This document shows, one piece after another, positions 12,168 to 24,203 of a stretch of DNA of 64,000 nucleotides (its first letter is position 1; every line of letters starts with the position of its first letter). Origin of the DNA: Squalus acanthias (Eukaryota); assembly GCA_030390025.1 (NCBI GenBank), contig CM059429.1, forward strand, positions 102,610,001 through 102,674,000, written 5' to 3'. Made by a program: the position numbers and the translations under genes. The notes beneath the pieces were generated by a model. The model was not told where the DNA came from and did no database searches. It saw only the letters and a program-made list of their open reading frames with translations.

Positions 12168-13625
12168 AACATAAGAAATAGGAGCAGGAGTTGGCCATTT
12201 GGCCCCTCGATCCTGCTCCGCCATTCATGGCTGATCTGATCTTGGCCTCAACTCCACTTCCCTGCCCGCTCCCTATAACCCTCGACTCCCTTATCGTTCA
12301 AAAATCTGTCTATCTTCATTTTAAATATATTCAATGACCCAGCCTCCACAGCTCTCTGGGGTAGAGAATTCCACAGATTCATGACCATTGGAGAAGAAAT
12401 TCCTCCTCATTTCAGTTTTAAATGGGCGACCCCTTATTCTGAAACTATGCCCCCTAGTTCTAGATTCCCCACGAGGGGAAACTTCCTCTCTGCATCTACC
12501 TTGTCAAGCCCCCTCAGCATCTTATATGTTTCATTAAGATCACCTCTCATTCTTCTAAACTCCAATGAGTATAGGCTTAACCTTTCTTCATAAGACAACC
12601 CCTTCATCTCAGGAATCAACCGAGTGAACCTTCTCAGAACTGCCTCCAATGCAAGTATATCCCTCCTTAAATAAGGAGACCAAAACTGTACGCCAGGTGT
12701 GGTCTCACCAATACCCTTTACAGTTGTAGCAGGACTTCCCTGCTTTTATACTCCATCCCCCTTGCAATAAAGGCCAACATTCCATTTGCCTTCCTAATTA
12801 CTTGCTGTACCTGCACGCTAACTTTTTGTGTTTCATGTACAAGGACCTCCAGATCTCTCTGTACTGCAGCATTTTGTAATCTCTCTCCATTTAAATAATT
12901 TGCTTTTTTTTTCCTACCAAAGTGGATAACCTCACATTTTCCCACATTATACTCCATCTGCCAAATTTTTGCCCACTCACTTAACCTATCTATATCCCTT
13001 TGCAGATTCTTTGTGTCCTCTTCACAACTTGCTTTCCCACCTATCTTTGTATCATCAGCAAATTTGGCTACAGTACACTCGGTCCCTTCATCCAAGTCAA
13101 TATAGATTGTAAACAGCTGAGACTCCAGCACTAATCCCTGTGGCACCCCACTAGTTAGTTTGCCAACCTGAAAATGACCCATTTATCCCGACTCTGTTTT
13201 CTGTTAGTTAGCCAATCCTCTATCCATGCTAATATATTACCCCCAACCCCGTGAGCTCTTATCTTGTGCAGTAACCTTTTATGTGGCACCTTATTGAATG
13301 CCTTCTGGAAATTCAGATACACTACATCTACTTGTTCCCCTTTATCCACCCTGCTCGTTACATCCTCAAAGAACTCCAGCAAATTTGTCAAACACGATTT
13401 CCCTTTCATAAAACCATGCTGACTCTGCTTGCCTATTATGATTTTCTAAATGTCCTGCTACTACTTCTATAATAATGGACTCCAGCATTTTCCCAATGAT
13501 AGATGTTAGGCTAACTGGTCTACAGTTTCCTGCTTTCCGTCTCCCTCCTTTCTTAAATAGGGACGTTACATTTGCGGTTTTCCAATCCGCTGGGATCTCT
13601 CCAGAATCCAGGGAATTTTGGTAAT
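12168..13625 (-). mobile_element. CR1-clade LINE (HER1-like), 5'-truncated, RT domain with frameshifts
   Basis: ORFs 13366..13641, 13155..13409, 12718..13182 and 12434..12649 give PADWKTANVT, KSCLTNLLEFF, GVPQG..FADDTK and RRMRGDL motifs. The 3' tail (ggccaactcctgctcctatttcttatgtt on the minus strand) ends at 12168. Confidence 0.93.
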
Positions 13626-13881
13626 AACCTGCCTGCATCACTCTCTTGGTCCTTCTCTTACAAAAATCACACGATATAGAAGGTGCCCATGAAGCAACCC
13701 ATTGTGGCTGTTGATTAAAAATAAATACAGCAACAAGACAATTGCCACAAAAGCTCCATAAAGGCAGTGCAGAAATGGCCTATGGTTACTGAATCTCCTT
13801 ACTGGGAGCTTTAATTGAGCTTCCATTTACAGCTTTGTCCTTGGTAAAGCTGAATGTCCATTTTGTATGAGTGTTATATAA

Positions 13882-14253
13882 AAAGAAAACTTGCATTTAT
13901 ATAGTGTCTTTCACAACCTCCGGACCTCCCAAAGCGCTTTACAGCCAATGAATTTGTTTTTGATGTGTAGTCACTGTTGTAATGTAGGAAATGCGGCAGC
14001 CAATTTCGCACAGCAAGGTCCCACAAACAGCAATGAGATGATGACCAGCTAATCTGTTTTTAGTGATGTCGGTTGAGCGATAAATATTGGTCAGGACACC
14101 GGGGAAAACTTCCCTGCTTTTCTTCGAAATAGTGCCATGGGATCTTTTATGACCACCTGCACTGAAGTGTCAGCCTGGATTGTGTGCTCAAGTCTCTGCA
14201 ACTTGAGCCCACAACCTTCTAACTCAGAGGCGAGAGTGGTACCACTGAACCAA
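13882..14253 (-). mobile_element. Deu-domain tRNA-derived SINE (SacSINE1-like)
   Basis: Minus strand has a tRNA-like head tggttcagtggtaccactctcgcctctgagttagaagg, the Deu core ttgctgtttgtgggaccttgctgtgcgaaattggctgccgcatttcctacattacaacagtgact, and an L2-type tail ctatataaatgcaagtt. Confidence 0.8.
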
Positions 14254-14516
14254 GGCGAACACCTCAATGTGATACACACAAACCGCCAGAGATTGCGTGC
14301 AGATCAACATGATATCACTGCAACTTCATTTAAATATTCGTGACATTCCTCCCTTTTTCAGGACGGTGCTTCTTGCCCCCAATAAATTCAGTGCCACAAA
14401 TACTCGTGATGTACAGAATGGGCGGGATCAAACATGATTGATCACATCATTCTCCGATCATTAACACCCACTTTACACCCAAAAAGTAGGCGTTAAGGCA
14501 TCAAGGCATCTAGACA

Positions 14517-14640
14517 CTAAAGGCATCAAGGGGTATGGGGAGAGAGGGGGAACATGGTATTGAGATAGGGGCTCTGCCATGATCGTATTGAATGGCGGAG
14601 CAGGCTCGAAGGGCCTACTCCTCCTATTTTTCTATGTTAC
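14517..14640 (+). mobile_element. CR1 3' end fragment
   Basis: aaggcatcaaggggtatggggagag...gaatggcggagcaggctcgaagggcctactcctcctattttctatgtt, homologous to the tails at 12168, 24541 and 56685. Confidence 0.8.
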
Positions 14641-16440
14641 TAATTGGAAAACCAGTTGTGGTCTTTATACTTAAGATACTTTAAAAATATTTAGAGCTAG
14701 GACAGAGGAGCCCATGTTTTAGATTGTCAAACTATGAAGAAAGGCTAAGGAAGTTGCATCCACTCTAACTCAAAAAAGAGTTGTCTCCCAATCCCCCTAT
14801 GCTATGAATTTTAAAACCTCATCTTTATTTAGAAAACCCTCCATGGTCTCGTTGCTATCCTCCATCTGAAATCTCCAGCCCTATATTTCCCCCCTCCCTA
14901 ATACTCCATTCTTCTGATGCTGGTCTTGGGTGCATCCCACCACCTTAGTCCCTTGGTGGCAGAGCTTTCAGTGGGGTCTCTATCTGTAACTCGCTCTCTA
15001 AATCTCTCTTCCTCTCCACCTCCCTAAACCCATCTCTCCAACCAAGCTTTTGGTCACCCCTCCTAATATCTCCCTTCCTGGCTCAGCCTCCATTTCCATT
15101 CCCCAGTGATCTTCTCTGTGCTCCAAGTAAATGACTTTTACAGTCAGTCACAACATCCCAAAATGAGTCTATTCAAATAAAATATGAGTGACTGGTTTAT
15201 GATACCTAAACCTTGGGCCAGGAAAAATATTTCAGGTTTGCTCATTGGATTTTTGCAGTTCTTGTATTCTGTTTTGTAATGAATCTATTTGCCATCTCTA
15301 ATCCTAACATTTCCCAAACCGCTTTAAAAGCAGATGACTGAAAGTAAACAAAGTATTCCAGATCTTGTTAAATTCACACTTTTTAGATCAGTACACAATT
15401 TATATAATAAATCTATATTAATTTTAGCAAATGCTGCAGTGGTTTATTAATTTTCAGAAAAGCTGTCGTCTTGTTCTGTTGGAGAACCAGACTCTTTCAA
15501 AACTATTAAACTCACAAAGAATTCTGACTGGAATCCTAGGGCTAGCGGGCGAAGCATAAAATAAAGCCCTGCTATTCAAAGGGAGCATCACAACAGCTGA
15601 ACAATGATGCATTATTCTTAGAGACTGTTAACCAGTGATGCAAAAATAGAAGCAGTCTATTGTGAATCCAGATTTTCACATTGGGCAGCCCCGAAGGGCT
15701 GTTCTACTTGAATTCCTTCAGTTTCAATGTACAGTACTCACTGCATGTTTTATGTGAAAATGTATTATTGTTCTGTCCTTCAAGGCATATGGAATTTTAT
15801 TTTTAAAATTGATTGTTAATGCAACAGGAAATGGAAGTCTGGTATATAATAAGCAAAACTGCAGCTGCTTTCAATCAGAGGCTGTGACCTAATGCAGAAA
15901 AAAAAATCCCCTGAATAATAATGGCTGCTGGTTTGGAAATGTTGTGTTATCTACAGTGAGGCATTAAAATCTACTTGAAAAAAAACTGACATCTTATATT
16001 TTTTTCAAAATATACTCACATGTGCTGTTTTATGGCTGTGGCAAGACAAATATCTTGTACCAATTACTGTGATGTGATGTTATTTCTGGGTATTTTAATG
16101 AGCTGCTATCTCTTGCTGCAGTCTTGCCATGTACCCCATACGTGGTCCTCACATCCCCTATGGATCAGAAGCTGCAGCCCTGCATATATTTCAGAACCTT
16201 TAGAACTCGTGCATTCTGGAGTGCTAGTGCCCATAGCAGTGTCATTCTCTCCCGAAGGCACTCTGGAAGATGCTATTATACACCAGATTCCAAATTAACT
16301 ATCTAGATTTATTTACAGGATTTTTTTTTTTTTTTTTTAAATGTGGGTCAGGTACAAAAGAGCAGTTTAACACTACACTCTGCTCAAATAGCAGTGAATG
16401 TAATGAAAGTGTCTTCACCACCTGACTATTACCCACCAGC

Positions 16441-16800
16441 GCATGAGTTCAGCTCCATTTCTCTCAGGACCACCCTGTGATTGAATCCCCTCTTTCCCTG
16501 TCTCTCAAGTCTTTCTGCTAGTTTCAGTATCTGGCAGCAGACGTAAATGTCCCATTTGCCTTTGGAATGACTGGAATGGATACGGAATTCCGGGTAGATG
16601 TCAAATTATGCATATTAATGTTACAGGCTTGATTGTATAATTTGTTCCTTCGATAGTCCCGTTTTCAATTTCAAACTATACAATCAAGCCTGTAACATTA
16701 ATGCTGCCGGATACTGTAACTAGCAGAAAGACTTGAGAGACAGGGACAGAGGGGATTCAATCACAGGGTGGTCCTGAGGGAAATGGAGCTGAACTCATGC
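16441..16800. repeat. Long interrupted inverted repeat (fold-back)
   Basis: Outer arms 16441-16539 / 16702-16800 (95 of 99 complementary by my count). Inner arms 16614-16644 / 16672-16702 (30 of 31). 27-nt loop. Confidence 0.9.
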
Positions 16801-17930
16801 TCCATGGGACTTGTCTTGCCCAAACCTCGCCCAGAAAATCTTCCTCGCTCAGTTAGCACATTAATAATATTTGGAAACCAAAGACAAAAGCCACGGCCTG
16901 GAAGCCAGATATGTTGAAGCTGAGTGACCTGCATAGACCTTCCCCAGCCTTAGCTTTACTTTTATACAGAGCCGCAATGTGAAGAGTTTGGCACAGGACC
17001 CACGGACGGAGACTACAGTCAAGTGTGGAAAATGGTTTGTGTGTGTGTAGGAGTGCAAAGATCAGCTGGAAAGGTCCCATGCCTCGGATTGCATCCATCA
17101 TTAAGGGGCCCTCTTACTGCCGAAATATTTTTTATCCTGTTAGAGGAGGTTGTGAGGTGTTCATGTATCCATTTATTTTAAAGAGGGAGTCTCGTCACTT
17201 TAAAAAAAATCTTTCAGTTACAAAGAATTCTCATCAATATCCTTTTTCTTGACCCATCCATTTCTATTGCCTTTTTATTTAAATGGAGAGAGCTGATGAC
17301 TTTCTCGGGTACTACCTCAGAAGAGTCAATGTGAAGGATCTGAATTATTCTTAGTAAAGATACAGTCATAAATAAATCATAAGCAGCTGATTCAGCATCA
17401 ACTGTGCATGTTAATTCACCTCCATTTAGACTGTCTGGCTCAGTGGAGTTGAAATTATCTTGGTCAGTAACGCAAAATGGGCCATATCGAATCAGGAGCC
17501 TATTGTGCACTTCCCTTAATTTTTATTTTCCGATCCCCCGTTTTGTGCACCACCCAAGACTAATACCTTCCACAGTATCCCTTCGGGCCAGAAACCCCTA
17601 ATGAGGTCATCAGCATTTACAGGTCTTTTTTAAAAAAAAGGACTGATGTCACTATTACTCAGAATTCTTTGATTTTTAAAAGTGATACTGAATCTCCTAA
17701 TAAGTCTTTTAGTGGGTGGGATGCACGGATGGAAGAAGCATTCCATGAAAAATATTAGAGGTGCCTCTCTGTTGGGTTTAATACATATATGAAACCTTCA
17801 AGGGAGGATTGGGAAGAATTAGTTGAGTTTGGGCCCGGAATAAGCTGTTTAGGAGTGATGGCTTTCAAGCCTGTGGTACCCTTCCATCTTTTTGGAGATA
17901 CACCATTACATTTTAACTTTTATATTCTAT

Positions 17931-18818
17931 GGGGGAAAAATTCAGTTGGTTGCGCCCCATTAGCGCCTTAAGAGGGCGCTAATGGGGCGCAAAGCATCTA
18001 GCGCCCAGGCGCAGCGAAGTTTGCGCCGCTCGCGAAATTAACTAGACATTTTGCGGCGGCGCCAAACACTACCGCCACGATCTCCTGCGCCGGCAGATCA
18101 TGACGTCACTCGAGTGCGCAACGCCCCGGTATCACCCCGGAGCGGATATTGAGTGGCGCCCCCTGCCTTACCGCCTGACACTAGCAACGACAGGTTGAGG
18201 GGAGCATTCTGCAGTCATGAAGGGAAAGGGGGAGCGCTATTTAAAGGTGACCGCTTCCTGCCTTTTATTGTTGGTGGCATTTTTGAACTACGCATTCTGA
18301 GAGAGAGAGGGAGAGACTTCTGGAGAGATTCAACGTGTGAAGGAGTTTTGGGTACTGAGCAGCACTTTGCAGGTTCATTTTGATTTGCCATTCCTTGTAT
18401 CGATTTAGCAGAGACTGTGGGGGCTGCACTCTGAGCTCTTTGCCTGGTACTCTCCATTGTTCTTTCCAGCACATTTGATGTGCAGGTCTCTCCAGGCCGA
18501 GATTCAAGGCTGCAATGAGCAGGATGTGGATGGAAAGCAAGATTAACCATCCCCTTTAAGAACTGGCCCGTGCCATTGTGTGTTTGTTCCATTGCTGACT
18601 GACATTACATGAGCTTCGCCAGCGCTCTGAGGTAGCGCCTCGCTCCTCGGCCTTTGCGCCATAAGACAGGTGTGAAGCGCCTGATATAGCGCTGCAATCA
18701 CCTCCAGGGGCGATAAAAGTCAAGTTTGCAGTCGGTGGCGATAATTAGCGCCAGGCGCTAATCTTTGCGCCCGGCCGATAATTGCGCCCCAAATGGGGCG
18801 ATACTGAATTTCTCCCCC
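17931..18818. mobile_element. PIF/Harbinger-like non-autonomous element
   Basis: TAT|gggggaaaaattcagt ... actgaatttctccccc|TAT: TIRs with a 3-bp TSD, and subterminal gcgcc/ggcgc motif clusters. Confidence 0.8.
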
Positions 18819-18829
18819 TATATCTCTTG

Positions 18830-20530
18830 CCATAAACCCCAGTATTCTAGTAGCATTTTTTAATGACCTTATCCACTTGAGGTGCTTCTTTTAAGGTCTT
18901 GTAAACCTGAAACCTCACCCCCACCCCAGATACCTCTGCTCTTCCACATCATCCAACATAATTATTACTTTTTTTAAACCAAATTGTACCACCACACATT
19001 TACTGACATTGAATTCCATCAGCTACTTTCTTGCTCATTTCAGAATCTTTTCAATGTTCCCTTGCACCTCCCTTTGATACTCAGAATTAGTTACTATGCC
19101 TTCTATTTTACTATCGCCTGCAAATTTGGGCAACACTCCTTCTAGCTCTATATCCAAATCATTCATGTACATGATCAGAAGTGGTCCCAGAACAGAACGT
19201 TATGCGACGCTGTTACCCACTTCCAACTCCTGCTCTCTGTTTCCTCCCTTCTAACCAGTTTTTAAATCCAATTTTCTACCCTCCCCCAATTCCATACCCC
19301 TTAATCTTCTCTAATAGTCTCTTGTGTGGTACTTGATCAAAGGCTTTCTGAAAGTCCATCTACACCACATCCACTGTATTTACGCCATCCACCATATCTG
19401 TCACCTCCTCAAAGAACTCTTATCTGTTTTGTTAAGCACAGTCTTCCTTTCTGAAATCAGTGTTGGCTGATTCTAATTATTTTGTCGTCTTCTAGACATT
19501 TAATAATTCCATCTTTGATTAAAGATTCCAAAACTTCCCCTACCACAGATGTTAAGCTAACGGGTGAGTAATTACCCAGGTTAGTTCTGTCTCCCCTTTT
19601 GCGAATGGGTACTACATTGACTGCTCTCCAGTTTGGCACACATCCACTCTCAATAGAACAATGAAGGATCACTTCTAGGGCTTCCTCCATTTCTTTCCTC
19701 ATTGCCCTCAGGATCTTTGGATGTATCCCGTCACGTCCCAACCAATGTTCCCTCTTTTTTTTTGGGTGCTGCGCAACCCATTCACAGGGTGAAACTTTAC
19801 ATTGAAAAAGCCGGTCCCGGGCTGCACGGGACCAGCATAGGGAATATTGGTCCCAACACTTTGTCCTCCTTTAGTTTAACTAACTTCTCTAATACTTCCC
19901 TTTTATTTATTATTATATTTCTCATCTCACTTTTAACCAATTCGGGATTTACGTCGTCCCCGCTATTTTTTTTGCAAACAGTGAAGTGAGGTTCTTGTTA
20001 AGTAACCCTGCCAATTTCCACTTACCCTCTACTAACTCTCCTTCAGGGGTCTCACTTTTAATTATTTTTTTACTGGTATATTTATAGAATACTTTGCTTC
20101 TTTTTAATATTTTTTGTGATTCTCTTCTCATACTCCCTCTTTGCTTTTCTTATCCCTTAACCTATTTCCTTGTATTCTCTCTCATTTTTATCATACCTAT
20201 TAGGACCCAAAAAAACACTTTTTTCATTTTAATTTGTTTCTAACCTCTATTTATCCTCAACATTTTGAAACTTGAAGTAGTCTCCTATTTTTAATGGTAT
20301 ATAATTAAGCTGCAACTTTGCAATGTCCTTTAAAAAATATCACATTGTTGATCTACAGTCCTGTGTGCCCATTTCTCTTTCCGCCTCACCTCAGCTAGCT
20401 CACTCCTCATTTTCTAAAATCTGCCCTAGTCCAATATGGCACCTTAGCTTTTGTACTGACTTTTCCCCCTTTCTTTTTGGACCTTAAACTTATCATAGTC
20501 ACTATTCCCAAGGTGCCCATCCACATTTAC
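18830..20530 (-). mobile_element. Old degraded CR1-clade LINE fragment
   Basis: ORF 19457..19741 (GRDGIHPKIL...NWRAVNVVPI.KRGDR..LGNYSPVSLTSVVG) and ORF 19949..20131 (KVFYKY) are RT-proximal ORF2 motifs with many stops. Boundaries are approximate. Confidence 0.75.
19743..19849. mobile_element. hAT-superfamily MITE (CAATGTTCCC family), copy 1
   Basis: gtcccaac|caatgttccct ... agggaatattg|gtcccaac: perfect 8-bp TSD. Nested in the old CR1. Confidence 0.85.
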
Positions 20531-21124
20531 CTCCCACTCCCCTGTAACCTAGTCAAAATAAGAGGCAGAACTTATATCAGAAAACTTGGAACAGTCTAAC
20601 CTCCCTCCTTCCCCCGTGTAATGCGGCTAGGATTTGGCCCAGCACAAGATCATTTTTGACAGGATCAGAAAATTGGGCTCTTTATAATGACCGACGGATG
20701 CACTGTCCACCAACCCAAGGGATCAGATTAAAGCTGGTAGGTATAAACGCAGCGCTAGCCCAAGTCATGACCCAAGGCATCATGATGTGTATGTCAATCC
20801 TGAATTAAAACTTTGTATCAATAGTATGGTACAGGAGGTTTGCAGTCTGTTCCCTCTAACCTGGAAGTTGTTTGTATGATCGACAGTTGTAGTGTAGAAT
20901 GAAAATAGTAGTAGTGCATTTATTTAGCTCCAGCCTTTGTTTATTACTGACCAATATAACAAGCAGCACGACAACGTGCATTGAATTGTGGCACATTGGA
21001 GCTAATGTACTCTTTCACTGACACACCATTGCCTTGCAGGAGGGGTCTCCAATGTGCTAATGCAATCCGGGCCAGTTTAGATAGTGGGATTTGCAGCATG
21101 GAAATCATAGAATAACAAGGGCAT

Positions 21125-21312
21125 CAATGCACTGCCTGAAAGAGTGGTGGAAGCAGATTCAATAGTAACTTTCAAAGGGGAATTGGATAAATACTGGAAA
21201 AGGAAAAATTTGCAGGGCTATGGAGAAAGAGCAGGGGAGTGGACTAATTGGATAGCTCTTTCAAAGAACCGGCACAGGCACAATGGCCTCCTTCTGTGCT
21301 GTCAGATTCTAT
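21125..21312 (+). mobile_element. CR1 3' end fragment (second subfamily)
   Basis: aatgcactgcctgaaagagtggtggaagcagattcaatagtaactttcaa...ggcctccttctgtgctgtcagattctatga. Related copies at 39976-40220 (-) and 58273-58378 (+). Confidence 0.75.
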
Positions 21313-21564
21313 GAATTTGGGCCTCGGTCAGCAAGCAGATGCAACCATCATTATGCAATTCCACTTTAATTTCCCCCAATATTTCTGTCGAGTCAAGAAA
21401 GAAAGACTTGTATTTATGTAACGCCTTTCACTACCACCAGACGTCCCAAAGACTTTACAGAGGTTTTTTTTTAAGTGTAGTCACTGTTGTAATGTCAAGG
21501 CTAGACATTTACCAATGACGCTCCTAACAGATGATGGTGAACAACAAATCAGATGTTACATTAC

Positions 21565-21736
21565 CGTACTGTCGGACGTCCACACAGATCTCTTCAATCA
21601 CTGTTGTCAGGTTCACTGGCGGGGAGCTGATGGTCTGACAGGCCGACCACATGTTGTAATAAATAAAGACTGGGACAGCAGAAAAGCCAAAAACTCCCAG
21701 CCACGCTATTCCCAACAGGTAGGTCAGAAAGACAAA
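21565..21736 (-). CDS. gpm6b: gpm6b internal coding exon (TM3, second extracellular loop)
   Basis: tctctccag|TTT GTC...CAG TAC G|gtaatg. 172 nt encoding FVFLTYLLGIAWLGVFGFSAVPVFIYYNMWSACQTISSPPVNLTTVIEEICVDVRQY(G), visible inside ORF 21524..21802. Confidence 0.97.
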
Positions 21737-21811
21737 CTGGAGAGAAATTAAAACAATATGTATGTAAGTAAACATATATACGTAAAACAAAAGAGTATGC
21801 AAAATCTACTA

Positions 21812-22174
21812 CAGGAAACTCTTTATTAACCGGCACCGACGGGACCGGCGTGGTGCCGGTTAATCAAAAAGTCCGGATAACGGAGAGTTATATCTCCCAA
21901 CGTACGAGAGCCCCGTACACATTGACATGCGCCTGCATTCGGAGCTCCGTCTCCCCAGGGACCGCCAGCTGACCATCTGTCGTGTCCGCTGCCTACCCGG
22001 GCTGCACATTCCCCTCCCAATCTACACGCTCCGATACAAGGCAAATGCCTCGGGGGTTTTTTTTAAAGTTAATTTTAAACGAGAGATGAAGGAAAACCCC
22101 GGTTACCTACTCAAGAATTTTGCCGGTTAAGAGATTTCCGGATATTTGGGTGCCGGTTAATAAAGAATTTCCTG
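21812..22174. mobile_element. Tc1/mariner (pogo/Tigger-like) MITE, copy 2
   Basis: First ~85 nt nearly identical to the 1950 copy. Right end GGTGCCGGTTAATAAAGAATTTCCTG|TA, TA TSD, different interior. Confidence 0.85.
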
Positions 22175-22254
22175 TACATGAAATGATTACACAGCAGACA
22201 TATCTCCAAAATGGTGCTTTGGGTCAGTGGTTTGTAAGTTTTTGTGTTGGGTAC

Positions 22255-22612
22255 CTGCTACAAATACTGGCACACTCCGGCAGACCCCCCCTACAAATAC
22301 TGGTACACTCCAGCAGACCCCCCCCCCCACTCCCCCACAAATACTGGCACACTCCGGCAGACACCCCCCCTACAAATACTGGCATAATCCGGCAGACACC
22401 CCCCTACAAATACTGACACACTCCTGGGAATATGTTGTAAATACTGACACACTCTCGGGATCCCCTGCAAATCCTGACACACTTCCAGGGACTTCCTGCA
22501 AATACTGACACATGCTTGGGGATATGTTGCAAATACTGACACACTTCCAGGAACTTCCTGCAAATATTGATACACTCCTGGGAACCCTCTGCAAATAATA
22601 AAACACTCCTGG
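22255..22612. repeat. Degenerate minisatellite
   Basis: Core caaatactg(g/a)cacactcc recurs about 11 times at ~29-45 bp spacing. Confidence 0.8.
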
Positions 22613-24203
22613 ATGTCCCGTCCTAACTTCTGAAAGACGGTGTCAGCTAAGCAAAACAGTGCAATCACTGCAGAAAATGTACAACTATGTCAACAATTAC
22701 AGAAACCTGTTGACAATTGGACTACAATCTGCTGACTGACTTTGCAGATATCTGGCATCCCCTGGTGGATTACAAGAGCTTGCTACTTTGAGGTATGTAT
22801 TTATCCTGCATGCTCAACATTATGCCTTGAAAGGTATTCCAGTTGTTCTCTAACTGAAATGCTGTTGCATAGCCTACCCAATCAATTTGCTGAAGTTGTT
22901 CCGTTTAGCCCTTTTCAAAATTAAATATCCAGATCAGTCTTTGTTTTTACAAATCCCAGATCATGTTGAACTTCATCATTTTGTAGTCACTGTCTCCCCC
23001 CTCCCCCCAGGACTGCAGCAACCTCCATTTTATGTAATACCAGGTCAAGATGAGCACTAGCTCGAGTGGCTTCTCCGATGCACCAGGTCATGAATAGGTC
23101 GTGCCTTAACAGTTACTAGCTTTAACTCTAGACAACTTTAGTTTTCCCAATTTGTATTAGCCTCTTTTGATATTGGCCTCTTAAGTGTAGTAAGCCAGCA
23201 CTATGGCGAGCGGACACAGGTCCCTACTATTTCACTTAAAGTTATTGTCTGTCTGTTCTAATTAATATCAAAAATCCCATGGTATTAATCACAATGATCA
23301 GGTGGTAACACCAGCATCCAGATCCATATTCCCCAAAAGCCCAGCCATATCCAAATTTCCTCAGGGTCCATTAATGTACCAGAAGGAGGCCAAACCACCT
23401 GAGAAAATTTGCCACAGCACTGAAGCATAGCAGAGTGGAAACAGAAAGGGGAGAAGGAGCAGCAAGCCACAGCGAGGACAAAGTGGATACCCAATCTGCG
23501 TTTGGTCTCTCCAATGGAGATGCGTCATCAGTCGTGAATACAGTATACTAGATTGGAGGAAGTATGTATAAGTATATGTATACGTAAACTGCTGTCTCAC
23601 ATGGAAGGAATGTTCAAACGATGGAATGGGAAAAGGTGTTGCATCTTCCAAAGGTGCCAGGGCCTATTAATGTAGTGATCATTCCATGAACACACCAAGT
23701 TAGTTTATGCGCACTAAATATCTTACATTAGCTTTGGATTAGCTGCCAGTGGTATAATACTTCTACAGTATCATCACCTTCATAACACAGTAATTGTGAA
23801 AAGGAAACTTGGATTCTGTATGTGTGCTTGCGTGGGCTGATGAACCTTAATTTATATACAGCAGCCCGAGACTTCATGTTCCTTCAAATAGAACCACTTT
23901 CACAACAGAATTATTTTTAAAATGGACACTCAGTCACTTGCACTCCATGCATCCACTTCACATGTGTGTGGTCTCCTCAATGGTGTTGACTCAATTAGTA
24001 AGCACCCAATGCATGAGGGCACTCAGTAATATCAAAACAAATCACTGCTACTGCCAAAGCATAAGGGTATCAATTTCAAAGAGTGATTTTGTTTCAGCTA
24101 ATTGTTTTTGTGAAAGACTATTTACAAGTATATCACTTTATTTTTTATTGCTGGCGCCTTTAACTGCCAGTACATGGATATTCCATTTCTGTATGTAGAG
24201 GTC

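Noticed and set aside
12434-13641. Reverse-transcriptase ORFs as a functional or domesticated gene
   Set aside because: They are fragmented by frameshifts, 5'-truncated, and end in a standard CR1 tail.
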